In this document: piece after piece, positions 52,823-64,000 of the stretch
Position numbering within the stretch: position 1 is the first letter of the stretch
Layout: each line of letters opens with the position of its first letter
Origin: Eledone cirrhosa
Lineage: Eukaryota
Assembly (NCBI GenBank): GCA_964016885.1
Contig: OZ024743.1
Coordinates: forward strand, 58,962,001-59,026,000
Direction: 5' to 3'
Length of the DNA: 64,000 bases
Notes under the pieces: model-generated
What the model was told of the DNA's origin: nothing
Database searches by the model: none
Seen by the model: the letters and a program-made list of their open reading frames with translations, nothing else
Made by a program: the position numbers and the translations under genes

Positions 52823-53652
52823 CTGTGAAATAGAGATCAAACAACAAAAAACAGAAATTTAAACACAAATTAACCTTTATTTTTGTATTAAATATAAACA
52901 TAATTCTCAAAGTCAATCGAAAAATCCTGAAAACGTTTGAATATGTACCATTGTGTTCAAAAGAGTATCTGGTGATCTTTGAACTATACTGGTTACATAA
53001 CTACATATTAATCTTGTAAATAGGTTACTTTGAGGATGCGAGCTACACAAGTTATCCGATTGTTGTTGTGATCCACATTATATCGAGTGTTCTCTTCACA
53101 ATGCAATGACAGATCTGGCCATACAAATAAAAATTCCCAATCTATGATCGAATAGGAATGTATATTACTTAGTAATCGAACTAATTAATTGTGGAATATT
53201 TTGTAACAAGATTTGATAGCTTCCTTGCAAGTATTTAATTATTAGCAATAAAATATATACGACTGAAAGTTTGGAAATATCCTAAAATAATCTTAATTAT
53301 ATGAACATTCTAAGGTATCTCTGGTAACATAGCGTTGGAAAACGTGCCCAAAGTCTGAAGAATTTCTGTTAAACTTCATATTTCGAAAAAAAAAAACTAT
53401 ATATAGAATTAGTAAAAATGGAATGTTAACGCTCCAGAATAATAATTGTTTCTACTTTTGGCACAAAGCCAGCAAATACCCAGTACATTACTGGTACTTT
53501 ATTTTATCGACCACGTAAATAATAATGACATACTGTGTTTGTTCATGAAGAAGCTGCTGAACAGCAACAAAATTAGATACCACAATAATTTTGTTTTCAG
53601 TTATGAGTAAATGTAGCTTAATTACACATGGTATTATTATATCACGTTATAA

Positions 53653-53860
53653 GGGCGGTGGATTGGCAAAATAGCTAGAGCGTCGGACAACTTGCTTTGC
53701 GGCATATAGTTACGTTTTGAGTTCAAATCCTGCCGCAGTTTACTTTGCCTTTCACCATTAATGTGTCGACAAAATAAAGCACGAGAAATACACTGAGGTC
53801 GATTAAATCGATTTTCCCTACCCCTTAAATGTGTTGGCTTTTTGTCTAAATCAGAAACCA
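53653..53860 (+). mobile_element. Older SINE copy (dominant family)
   Basis: gggcggtggattggcaaaat...gagttcaaatcc...actttgcctttca. Other decayed copies lie at 53442-53520, 54290-54480 and 63320-63503. Confidence 0.7.
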
Positions 53861-56095
53861 TTATTATGTTACGGCATATCACAATCTATGTGTTCATTGC
53901 TTTCAAAATTTGATTAAGACCTTTTAATGGGGTGAAATTGTTGTAATTAAGTAGTTTTAGCAAATCTGATTGGCTTGAGTGCGTGGTGGTTAGAATGTAT
54001 TATATAAAACATTCATACCAGTAAAATACAAATAAACACAATGTTTATTTGTATTTAATCCCAATTATACAGGAGTGAAAGTATTAAAAAATGATTAAAT
54101 GATAAATAATAAAATAGATAGAAAGTGGGAACATAGACTGTGTGGGTATGTGTGTATATATGTTTTTATGTGTGAGAAGGGGTAAATAATGCAAAAATAA
54201 AGGAAAAGAGGAGAGAGAGACGAAATTCTACATCCTTGTCAGGGCGTTATATATCAACTACATCCCGCAGACAAGATAGCAAAAATATTGGTTTCTGATT
54301 AAATAACAAGGGCAACAATATAAATCGATAAAATCGACCCAAGTGCATTACAAGTACTTTATATTAACCACCCCATTAAATATGGAAAGCTAAGATAACC
54401 TCGACAGGATTTAAAGCGGAATAAATCTATGCCATAAAACATGTTGCCCGGCGCTCTACCGATATTGCCAATCCACCGCCTTCATATAGCCAAAAATATT
54501 GCCTTTGAAAATAGTCAGAAAAACCAATAGCATTAGTTATTTCGTCTCGCGGGGCTCCTTCCTCGGGCAGAATGTGCACCTCACGATTCTGCGGAGGAAT
54601 ATGGCAGTCTGGAGACCCTACCTGTGCAATATATCTCATTACACCTATGTTGCATAGCTATGATGACGAATGTCTAAATTAGTATATTCTACTGACGTTA
54701 GAATGTTGATAACAGACATATATGTCTGAGGAAAATTAGTGATATCTAATTACAAAAATATAGAAGCACTGTACTTACTACATTCATATATTTTGTAGTA
54801 TTTCTCCAAAAGCATTGAATATTTTAACACAAAATATAATAGTTTAGAAACATTCTATTAATACTGATAGTTATACTCATATAACACATTGTTTATTTTC
54901 TCTTGGATATTATGTTTCTGCCCAGTACAGTCTAATACGAAGGAGAAGTACCAAGAAAGAAAATAGAACTGATATAAAACACATATATATGCATCTATTA
55001 GTGTATCTATATGTAACACGTTTGTTGGATAACATTCGGTTCCAACGCCAAGTCATCTAGTAATTGAAAAAATGGACAGCCTGTTTGTGAAATTAATGTG
55101 CGAGTAATTAGAAACTCCATCGACATGTGCAAAAAACATATTTCTCAGGTAGATTCACGTGACATTGTGTTACAAGGCAACCAATTAGAATCTCACGTAA
55201 AATTCATTTGCGGGGGAAGAAGCAACATTCCTGTATGTAGTGACAGATTGATAATACAATTCGCTCGACTGAGATGTTCTATATGCAAAAATAATTTTCT
55301 GGATTCGACCATCCGTCAAATTACTGGCAATAGATAATTTCTCGAATGTAAATTCTGACACACGAAGAAAAGGTAAAGGGCTGCTAATTGTTGGGGCAAT
55401 AATAGGGGTGGCGTCATGAATCACATCGTGTCTTGATTATTTTAAACATTTAGGAGCGTATCCCATGACAGGTCAGAGCACAGCCGATTTTTTCCAGGTA
55501 GAGAGTGAGCAAAAAACGAAGAACCGACCCAGTCCTTGACTGGTAATATATTCATCGACGCCAAAATGACGAAAGGCAAACATGTCCTCGGTGAGATATT
55601 AACTCAGATCGCATAAGCCGGAACAAATACCGATACCCTAATGGTTTTACACATTCGCCGCCATTTAAATGGTTTTCTGTATTGTTATTGTAATAAACTT
55701 AACATCATCCATTTCACGTTAAAATCCATCCATAAGACATTTTAAACTTTCAAAACAGTTTTTTTTTTTGTTTCATGTAATGTGTTTTAATTTGAAAAAA
55801 ATAAAGAATAATATGTGTATCTATGTGCATTTCGTTTTGTAAAGTAGTCACATGGGTGGAAAAGCAAATTTAAATTTGATGGATACAAACACAGTGTGCT
55901 CTAAGCCGAAAAACACACAGTAAAACGTATTGTTTAACGTTTTAACGATACCATTAATTTTTCGCTTCATATACAAGTTAGTGAGTCAAATAATAGTATT
56001 TTTGATTAACAATATTTAAATTGATATATAATATTTGATTTAATGGGTTAAATATTTGCTTATAAATCAATTAATTGTGAAATATTTTCGTTTAC

Positions 56096-56162
56096 CGAAT
56101 GACAACAAGGTGCGATATTAAGAGATTGTGACCCTTTGCACATACCAATCCCTGCATGGGAC
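56096..56162 (-). CDS. Astacin exon (L)SHAGIGMCKGSQSLNIAPCCHS
   Basis: tttcctcag/gtaaac splice sites, 67 nt, phase 2-0. Fits both neighbours and corresponds to the S.VG...G.Q.LSL..GC segment. Confidence 0.85.
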
Positions 56163-56599
56163 CTGAGGAAAGGAAGAAAAGAGAAAGAATATATTTTATA
56201 AATATATATAAATGAAGGAAAAAGGTGGGAGAAACCTGGTTCATGGCTGTCTCATCGGAGCTTGCGATTCTTAGTCAAACGTGACTGAAGAGACGTTGTC
56301 TGCTCTGGGGATCGCGGATGATGCGTTTAGGAGGCTCCTGTGCCGTCGGATGATGCTGTCGACGCTAGAGATGCTAGAGTGAGTGCTGGCGGGTTCTGGC
56401 GTGTCAGTTCGAGCGCGGTATGGGGGTCTCTGGGCTTGACCGCGCGTCCCCCCACCGTGGGTGCCTATCATCTAATCCCCTTTCTTCTGTATGAACCCTT
56501 GCTGGGTCCGAGGGATGATTGCCTCAGTTTTTTTTTTTGACGCGTTAGGGCTTAGAAAGTCTCTTCCTATTTTTTTCTAAATTTCGTATTAACTATAAT

Positions 56600-57001
<402 letters not shown>

Positions 57002-57129
57002 TGAAATTGTAAATAGCACTGAAAATATATTTAAGGATCTGTTTTTCTTTTCTTTTTTCCTTTCTTTTGATTTGTCAAAGTGGTATTATTGAAAAAATTA
57101 TAATAATGTATATAAAGTATATAGAAAAT

Positions 57130-58060
57130 TACCGGTTCGGTATATGAACGCGCTCGCTGGAGTAGTTTCCATTTGAGCGTGAAAGGGGTGTAATTCTTCT
57201 TGAGGTCCCAGATATAGGAGGAGGGTGTTGTCTGATTGGATTTGTCCGGTCTCCTGAACGAGTTGGTATGGGCATAAAACCGAGTCTTAACATTGTTGGA
57301 AGTCATTCCGATATATGTCTTTTTGTTGTCACCAATGCCAAAGACAACATCACATTTATACACCATGTAGTTCTTTAGGCATTTGTTTTCAGGTGGACAA
57401 GCTTCCATAATTTGACAGTTGCACAATGCTCCCGTCCAGGGATGGGTTTCGGAGGTAGTACGCGTATTTAATTAGCAGTGTTGAGATCGGCTATATCCCT
57501 AGATATATTAGGTGTTGTGGAGTAGGGGAGTCTTATTTCATTCTTTTTACAGATAGTGTAGTACCTATGTTGTGTGGGGAAGTGATTATTCACCAATTTG
57601 AAGAAAGTCCTAGATATTAGTGTAGAAACCTCTCGGTTTAAGGGGAGAGGGGTAGTACGAATTAATCTGTCTATGCCTATTTCTCCTAGGTTGTCTTGTG
57701 TTGGCTTCTAGATTAGTAAACATTTTCTATAGCCACTGCGGGCAAGGACGTCGTTGTAGTAAAGTGCAGAGGATCTAAAGAAATCTTTATTGGCCGAGAG
57801 ACTGGAAATTCTGAGTGAAACGCTTTAAACTAAATTATCTGCGATATAGTCGGAGTGGTTAGATCGAACATCTATGTATCTAAGGGATTTATTAGGTTTG
57901 TGGTACGGGTAATAGAAGGAAGTATCTAAATAAGTGACATCTAAAATATTGGCCCTAGTCATATTTGATTGTATAGTTATTCAAAATTCTAGATTACGGA
58001 AGAACGATCATATGGTTTATCCGAAACCCATATGGGTTTTACAATATGCAAAAAAGGCCA
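57130..58060 (-). mobile_element. Penelope-like fragment (RT thumb plus GIY-YIG)
   Basis: CNC...CPPENKCLKNYMVYKC..TYIGMTSNNVKTRFYAH. Upstream, PYHKPNKSLRYIDVRSNHS and LRISSLSA remnants. Confidence 0.8.
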
Positions 58061-58271
58061 TCATCTGGGTATAACCCTCCAGTCAGGCTTGTGAAGAGTT
58101 GGTGATGTAAGGTGTACAGGTCCACCAGGTCGCTAACTTCGGCCGAGTCATTTGCTCTCAAACTGACGTCATATATATATATATATACGTTATTCCGGGT
58201 TGAATCGGAGGTAACCACAGTAAGTAAGGTACTCAATACATAGCAGAGTATAAAAGTTTTAATATAGATGA

Positions 58272-58320
58272 GATTCTACAGGACTAGAACTGTTTCATTC
58301 ATTAGAAATCATCAGGAATC
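58272..58320 (-). ncRNA. Type I hammerhead ribozyme with intact core
   Basis: Minus strand: gattc-CTGATGA-tttctaatgaat-GAAA-cag(ttctagtc)ctg-TA-gaatc, with a GUA cleavage triplet. Confidence 0.75.
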
Positions 58321-58363
58321 CTGATGATTTCTAATGAACGAAACAGAAAATCATCTATATTAA

Positions 58364-58397
<34 letters not shown>

Positions 58398-58499
58398 TTG
58401 GATAGGGTCATATTGCTGTAATAATATTGCCAGAAATAATAACAGAACACACTCACAGCTTCGTTTTCACTTCTGTATATGTTATATCTCCATAGTGAA

Positions 58500-59015
58500 A
58501 ACCAGCCAGGCAGTGAATGTGTTCGATTTTATGTACGGATGTGTGTATCATCAGAGCCACGTACTCCCATGATGAACGCCAACCAGCGTGAAACAGTCGG
58601 TCAGCTTCTCCCCCTTCTTTCGCCGAAATGAAGTAAGTGACAGTCACTATTTTAAAACTGATAGCGTATGGTCTTCTAAATGTGTTTAATCAAACAACTG
58701 GTATATTGCCAAATATACTATACATACATTCATGTATACATCGCTATTTCAGAGCATCAATCCTAATACCTAGTTTTTGCTGGACCGACAATCGCCCTGT
58801 ATAATCAGCTCCTGAATATTACTGGAATTCTATAAAAATCCAGCTTCTATAATTGTCGGTGAAAGAGGGGAATAGCTGGCTCTGATGAACACGAACCAGC
58901 GTGAAACAGACTGTCAGCTTCTCTCCTTTCTTTCGCCAATAAGAAGTAAGTGACATAGTCACTACTTTAAAACTGATAGCGTATGGTCTTCTAAATATGT
59001 TTAAATAAACATACT
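58500..59015 (-). repeat. About 310-bp repeat family, about 1.6 units, inverted relative to 4601-5321
   Basis: Reverse complements of tgctctgaaatagcgatgtatacatgaatg and tttagaagaccatacgctatcagttttaaa. Confidence 0.85.
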
Positions 59016-59438
59016 GTGTGTGTGTGTGTGTATAAATATATATTTTGTTATATGTTTGAAAGGGTTTGATGTATTTGTGTTAATATCATGCCACGAGTGT
59101 AGAAACCTACTACAACTTCCATCTCAACAAAAGCATTGTCTCACACTGTGTCTATATTAACAAAGGCTTCTCTTCCACTAAATTGTTACACACTATTTTC
59201 GCCTATACCAAGCGGACATATCTCCCAGTTTTCATTTTGGCCCACGTCATGAACATCACGCCGGGTCCTCGTGTTTAGGACGGTACCCAATCGTTTTAAC
59301 GTAAAACATGAAACAGTGAACTTCTCTTTCAGCCCACATCAACCGCATCTAAGGGCCTGCATATTTCATGAACACTGTCTATGCATCTTAATTAAACCCA
59401 AAACAAGTATAAATATAAAAAAAAAATAGTTAGCTTAC

Positions 59439-59565
59439 AATTTTCCGGAATATGTAATATTAATGAAGTTCTTGTCATGTGAGTCTCTTGGACGAAAAAT
59501 TACACAGCTGTCTCTTTCCCATAAGCGCATGCCCTTTAACATGTCCTCCTTGAAGTTTTGTGGAA
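59439..59565 (-). CDS. Astacin exon PQNFKEDMLKGMRLWERDSCVIFRPRDSHDKNFINITYSGK
   Basis: Matches astacin AM..WE..TCI.F.PR.....YI. cattttcag/gtaagc splice sites, 127 nt, phase 1-2. Confidence 0.9.
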
Positions 59566-59679
59566 CTGAAAATGATAATATAAACAGTAACAATTAAGTA
59601 TCAATATATATTAGATCATTAGGTAGCAACGTCGATCAGGGAACAGCAATATATATATATATATGTGTGTATATGAATA

Positions 59680-60600
59680 GGAGATCAGTGAAGATCCTTG
59701 CTGGTACTTCCATAACCAGCCGAAGTGGAAGACTACTGAGGGGCACCCTGATGGAGGCGAAATTGATGGCAACCAGCCTAAGATTTAGGAAGAATCCGGA
59801 GATGTGGACTTACATCTCTGATATGCACCTGTCTAAGTCCCAGATTGATTTAATTCTGGTGACGAAAAAGTGGCGGAATAGTGTTCTGAACACAGAACCT
59901 TACAATTATTTCAGTACACTGGGCAGTGGCCACCAGTTTGTTATGAGTGAGGTCTGGCTGAGCTTAAGAAAGAGAAAGGCTCATCACCGGAGATCAATGT
60001 AAGATTGGGGAGTTTTAAGGGGAGGTACACAGTAGGAGTGAGGAACAGGTCCAATGCTCTGCGTGGAGACGCAGAGGAGAGGCAGAGGAGAGAGAGAGAT
60101 TGGATGGACTGAAGAGAGTGTAATGAGGAGATACGGGCACTTTACCATTGCAGTGACAGAAGTTAGTGTGACCCTGGTGCCGAGGAGTGAGAAGAAGAGG
60201 AAACGCGTCAGTTCTGCAGACCCAAAAGTATGTGCAGCCAGAGAACACCTGATAGCTGCCAAGGACGTATTCTATGCTGATCTACGGAGGAGTAGAAGGA
60301 GAATATGGAGGTGATGAGGTTAAAACTCAGGACCGCTTACACTGAGGCCAGAGAGGAGGTGCTGATAGAGAAGATCAGAAGTGTCGAGAGAGCAGTTGAC
60401 AGGACTAGGTGTAAAAGAGCTGGACGATCGTCAACGACATCACAGGGAGGAAGTGAGGGGCTTCGAGTCAGATCCAAGGAACAGGGCCCGATGTTAGGAA
60501 GAGGATTTTAGGACCATACTATCAGAATCGCCCTCCACAGCCCAGAACACTGGGGATATCAGGCAGCTGTTTGAGGAACTGGATATTGAGACCTTTTTAT
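59680..60600 (+). mobile_element. Degenerate APE-type LINE fragment (endonuclease C-terminus and linker)
   Basis: WTYISD..KSQIDLILVTKKWRNSV...STLGSGHQFV resembles the ..ID.IL...SDH motif. Confidence 0.7.
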
Positions 60601-63600
60601 TATCGCAGTGGACTATTGTGTGCGCCTTACGCTGGAGAAACACCAGGACTCTGGCTTTACTTTAATACTGGCTCAGAGCAGGAGTGAAGGAGAGTTAAGG
60701 CGAGCTTGACATATATTGATCCCCTAAGGACAAACACATGTCTCTTGGAGACGCAGGACATGGCAACAATGATGAGGGACAGAGACGGCTGGAGAGAACT
60801 CGTCCATGGATCTCGGGAATTTTACCTGCCTTAGATAGAAAGATATATTTTTTGTTTTGCCAAATTTGAAGTATTCTTGTGCAGCTGTCTAATACGATTA
60901 TAACAAGAAACAATATAACTATATTTAAGCAGCTTGTTTTAATTACTTATAAGAGTTTAAGAAGGCGGTGCAATCGTTTGAACTTTGAATAACAGGCTTT
61001 AAAGTATGTTTTGCGTTTCTTTACTATCTGACCTCCAATAACTATACTTTTCATCGTTCCGAGATCGGTAACATAAAATACTAGTAAAATTTGGGTGGTA
61101 GAATTGATATAATACCAATCCAAATTGCTGGTGTTTTCCCTGAATTAAAAGAAACATTATAAGCATATAACTTAGAAGAAAACTAAACAAATCATTTTTC
61201 ACCGGCATTAGTAAGTATAACTAGAAGATGAGTATTCAGTTTGTTCAAGCAAAAGTACACTCTGCTGATTACATCAATGTATAAGTAGCTGAGCGCACGA
61301 TAGACTGGTGGACCAGTAATGTAATTCTCAAGCAGATTCAGCTTCATACATCTAGTGAAAAGGCTGTCCTTTTGAATCACAGTTACGGTCAATTCGAAGG
61401 CCTTCCAACAGTTTCTGTCAACATAATTTCACTCAAAATGCATAGGTCAACTTGAGGATACTGGGAAGGACACTTCTTCAAGATGCCATGCAATGGCATC
61501 GACCACTAGTCTTAATCATTGCAAGGCGAACATTTTAGTATTTCGCCATTCTGCGTCGAATCGAATCGTACATCTATTATACTAAACTAGCCTGTTTTAT
61601 CATTATTCAAAAGCGTCTCTGTCTACCATTTCTCGCCTTTATTGGAAGGGTTTGATTCTGCTAAAATCAGAGTCTCTGAAAATCAACACGGAATATTTCA
61701 TATGAACGAATAAAAACTGTAGAAATAACAAAAGCATTATGCTAAAGATTGACAAAGAAAATAAAGAACATTTGAATGCTACATTACACAATCACATACC
61801 ACAGTAGCTGGAAAATATAAAACTGCGTTACAAATCTATAGTTTGCCGAACATGACGTAGATCAAAAGATAACGTTTTTGTCAAAAGTGTGTGAGATCAA
61901 CAAGGAACGACAATACCATGTAATACAACACTAGTAATTCTTTTTGAGAAGATGCGAGCATTACTCTCTCATTCTTAGTCTCGGGCCATCCACGGTATAT
62001 TCATCGATCTTTTTAAAAAATGCAGTGGTGCGCATCAGTTCTCACTCTTTGTCCCATACGAGATAATAGCAGCATTGGACGGATGCGAGCAGAATGGTTT
62101 CATCTCTGCGACCATCCGGCACTGCTCCGTCTGACAGCACTTCCGTACCTATAGTGTTTGTTATGAAGCAGTAGTGCCATCCGGTAGTATTGCCTGGCTA
62201 GGGATTTCTGAAAATTATCTATAGTTCCTGGTCTGAAAGTTCTCCGTATCAGACTGGTTAGTGTGTTCTTATCAACGCCTGGATTTTCCTCGAGAACATC
62301 GTCCCATCACTAGTTCCTTATTAAACGCTAATGTGGAATATCCACTTAACACATTGCTCAATTGGTAGTAGGCTGTGTACACTAGAAAATATTTCACAGA
62401 CCAGAAGGACAGACGTTAGCCTTTGCTTGACCCAAGACTGCAGCTCACTCAAGGAAACGAATTATGTAAAGATGCGCCTGAAAAATGGCGACCACAACAG
62501 TTTGCTGTTCAGGAATATCTGTAGATGCGGGAGCCGTATCACATGGTTGCGCTTCCTCAGACATGGTATACCTTAGTACCCGATATAAAGGGCGTTTCCA
62601 GAAAATGGACAGCTGAACATTGAAACCTATCCCTTTTTGAAGAAGTAGAAGAGCAGATGCTCTATCTTTGTAAAGCGCAAAAGGAAGCAAGGAGTGTTGG
62701 TAATAGTTGGACCGCTTGGCAATTCGAAACTAACTATTCTACAAGAAGTGGTGAGCAAACGCTCAGGCCGGGTGAGGCGCAAACTGGAACAAATTCGACG
62801 AAAGGCAGTAATATATGACGTTGGCAATGGATGTGTTCGTCCCTTATGCTCGACCTTTTAGTAGTAGATACACAAATAGATGGGGAAAACAAAAAATGAT
62901 ATTTCCTATAACATTAATAACAATGTTCTGGTAATACTAATTAGTAGATAATGCTCCAGATAAAGTTACTTCCAGAAAACAAAAAGGATACGTGCGAGAG
63001 GTCTTTCTGGCCCGGGGAATAGATGAAGGAACCGTGAAGAATGAAAACATTTCCTTAGTACGTTAGGCAATACTTCTATATGGTCTCAAAACTAAAGTAG
63101 GTGGGATACATACTAGCCTATATCTGGTACATTGCGTGTTACATCTACAGGGCTGAAGGTTATAGAAGAGTGTCTGGTTTTTAAGACTCAGACAAAAAGT
63201 GTTATGTAGACTTAGCGTATTATATAAGTGCTCAGAGAGACATTGTTAATAAGGTCGTTTGTGGATACTAGGCTCATCGTTAAACTTGAAATAATATAGT
63301 GTCAAATGGTGTTTCTATTTTCTGATTTAGGCACAAGGAGAGGGGTAATTTTGGAGAGGGGTAATTGATAAAATCGACCTAGTGCGATACTGGTACTATA
63401 TTTTATTTACCTCGTAATTATAACAGGCATCGGCGGGATTTGAAATCAGTATGTAAAGGGATGTAACTCTATGTCTGACACTACCGATACAACCAATCCA
63501 CCGAGTCGGATCTGTTTTCGATGATCAGCTGTTTCAAATGTACTGGAAACATTTCGAAAATTCATCGTTTTCATCACCTTGGTCCTCTATCCCCCTCATT

Positions 63601-64000
63601 GCCTTCCAATAACAATTCCATTAAACTCACAGCAGTACTCCGTTCTTTATGAGAACCTTGTCTGAAGCAATTCTTCTGAAGTTGATTCCAGTGAATACGT
63701 TGGTTGGCCTTGACCATATTTGGTATGACATTTCCTCGATAAGATGTCTGCCTATTGTCTACATTTCACTCTTCACTATTTCCTTCTCCCCACAACAGTA
63801 ACAGGATTTCAGAATTCACTCCCACCTATCAGTTTCCTTTACACAATGACGGAAGATTAAGAAACTTGAAACAGTTTGATCAGTCTAGAAGGGTTATGGA
63901 CAATTCTCGTGATCTTTCATTAACTTGTAATTTTAATATTTGTAAAATGGAGAGAGAAAACTAGTATGGCTTTAAGAGTAAAAGAGGGCGCATATACTTA

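Noticed and set aside
60999-63960. Search for astacin 5' exons (signal peptide, prodomain, W..g.vPY)
   Set aside because: Several AG/GT-bounded open stretches (near 61140 and 63630-63740) show no convincing astacin similarity. The 5' exons probably lie beyond the window.

Overview
AT-rich, repeat-dense animal genomic DNA. The SINE families, long (TA)n/(CA)n tracts and gene structure suggest an octopod cephalopod, which is an inference. Positions 1-19 kb are a nest of decayed retrotransposons: Penelope-like elements, Tx1/L1-clade LINEs, Dong/R4-type RLE LINEs, RTE-like fragments and tRNA-derived SINEs. From about 59.6 kb down to about 26.5 kb on the minus strand lies a spliced astacin (M12A) metalloprotease-like gene. 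Its exons were read by hand and have matching GT-AG phases; its 5' exons were not found. The zinc motif is aberrant (HELGHVIGLVKQH, third His replaced by Lys). The protease domain is followed by an EGF-like exon and then a 4-copy tandem array of 3.5-3.9 kb units (26.3-41.3 kb). Each unit carries a 105-nt phase 1-1 Cys-rich ShK-like exon. The three distinct versions differ almost only by amino-acid-changing substitutions, and only the last unit keeps the acceptor of the exon that supplies the final Cys. The introns also contain several minimal Penelope-type hammerhead ribozyme motifs.
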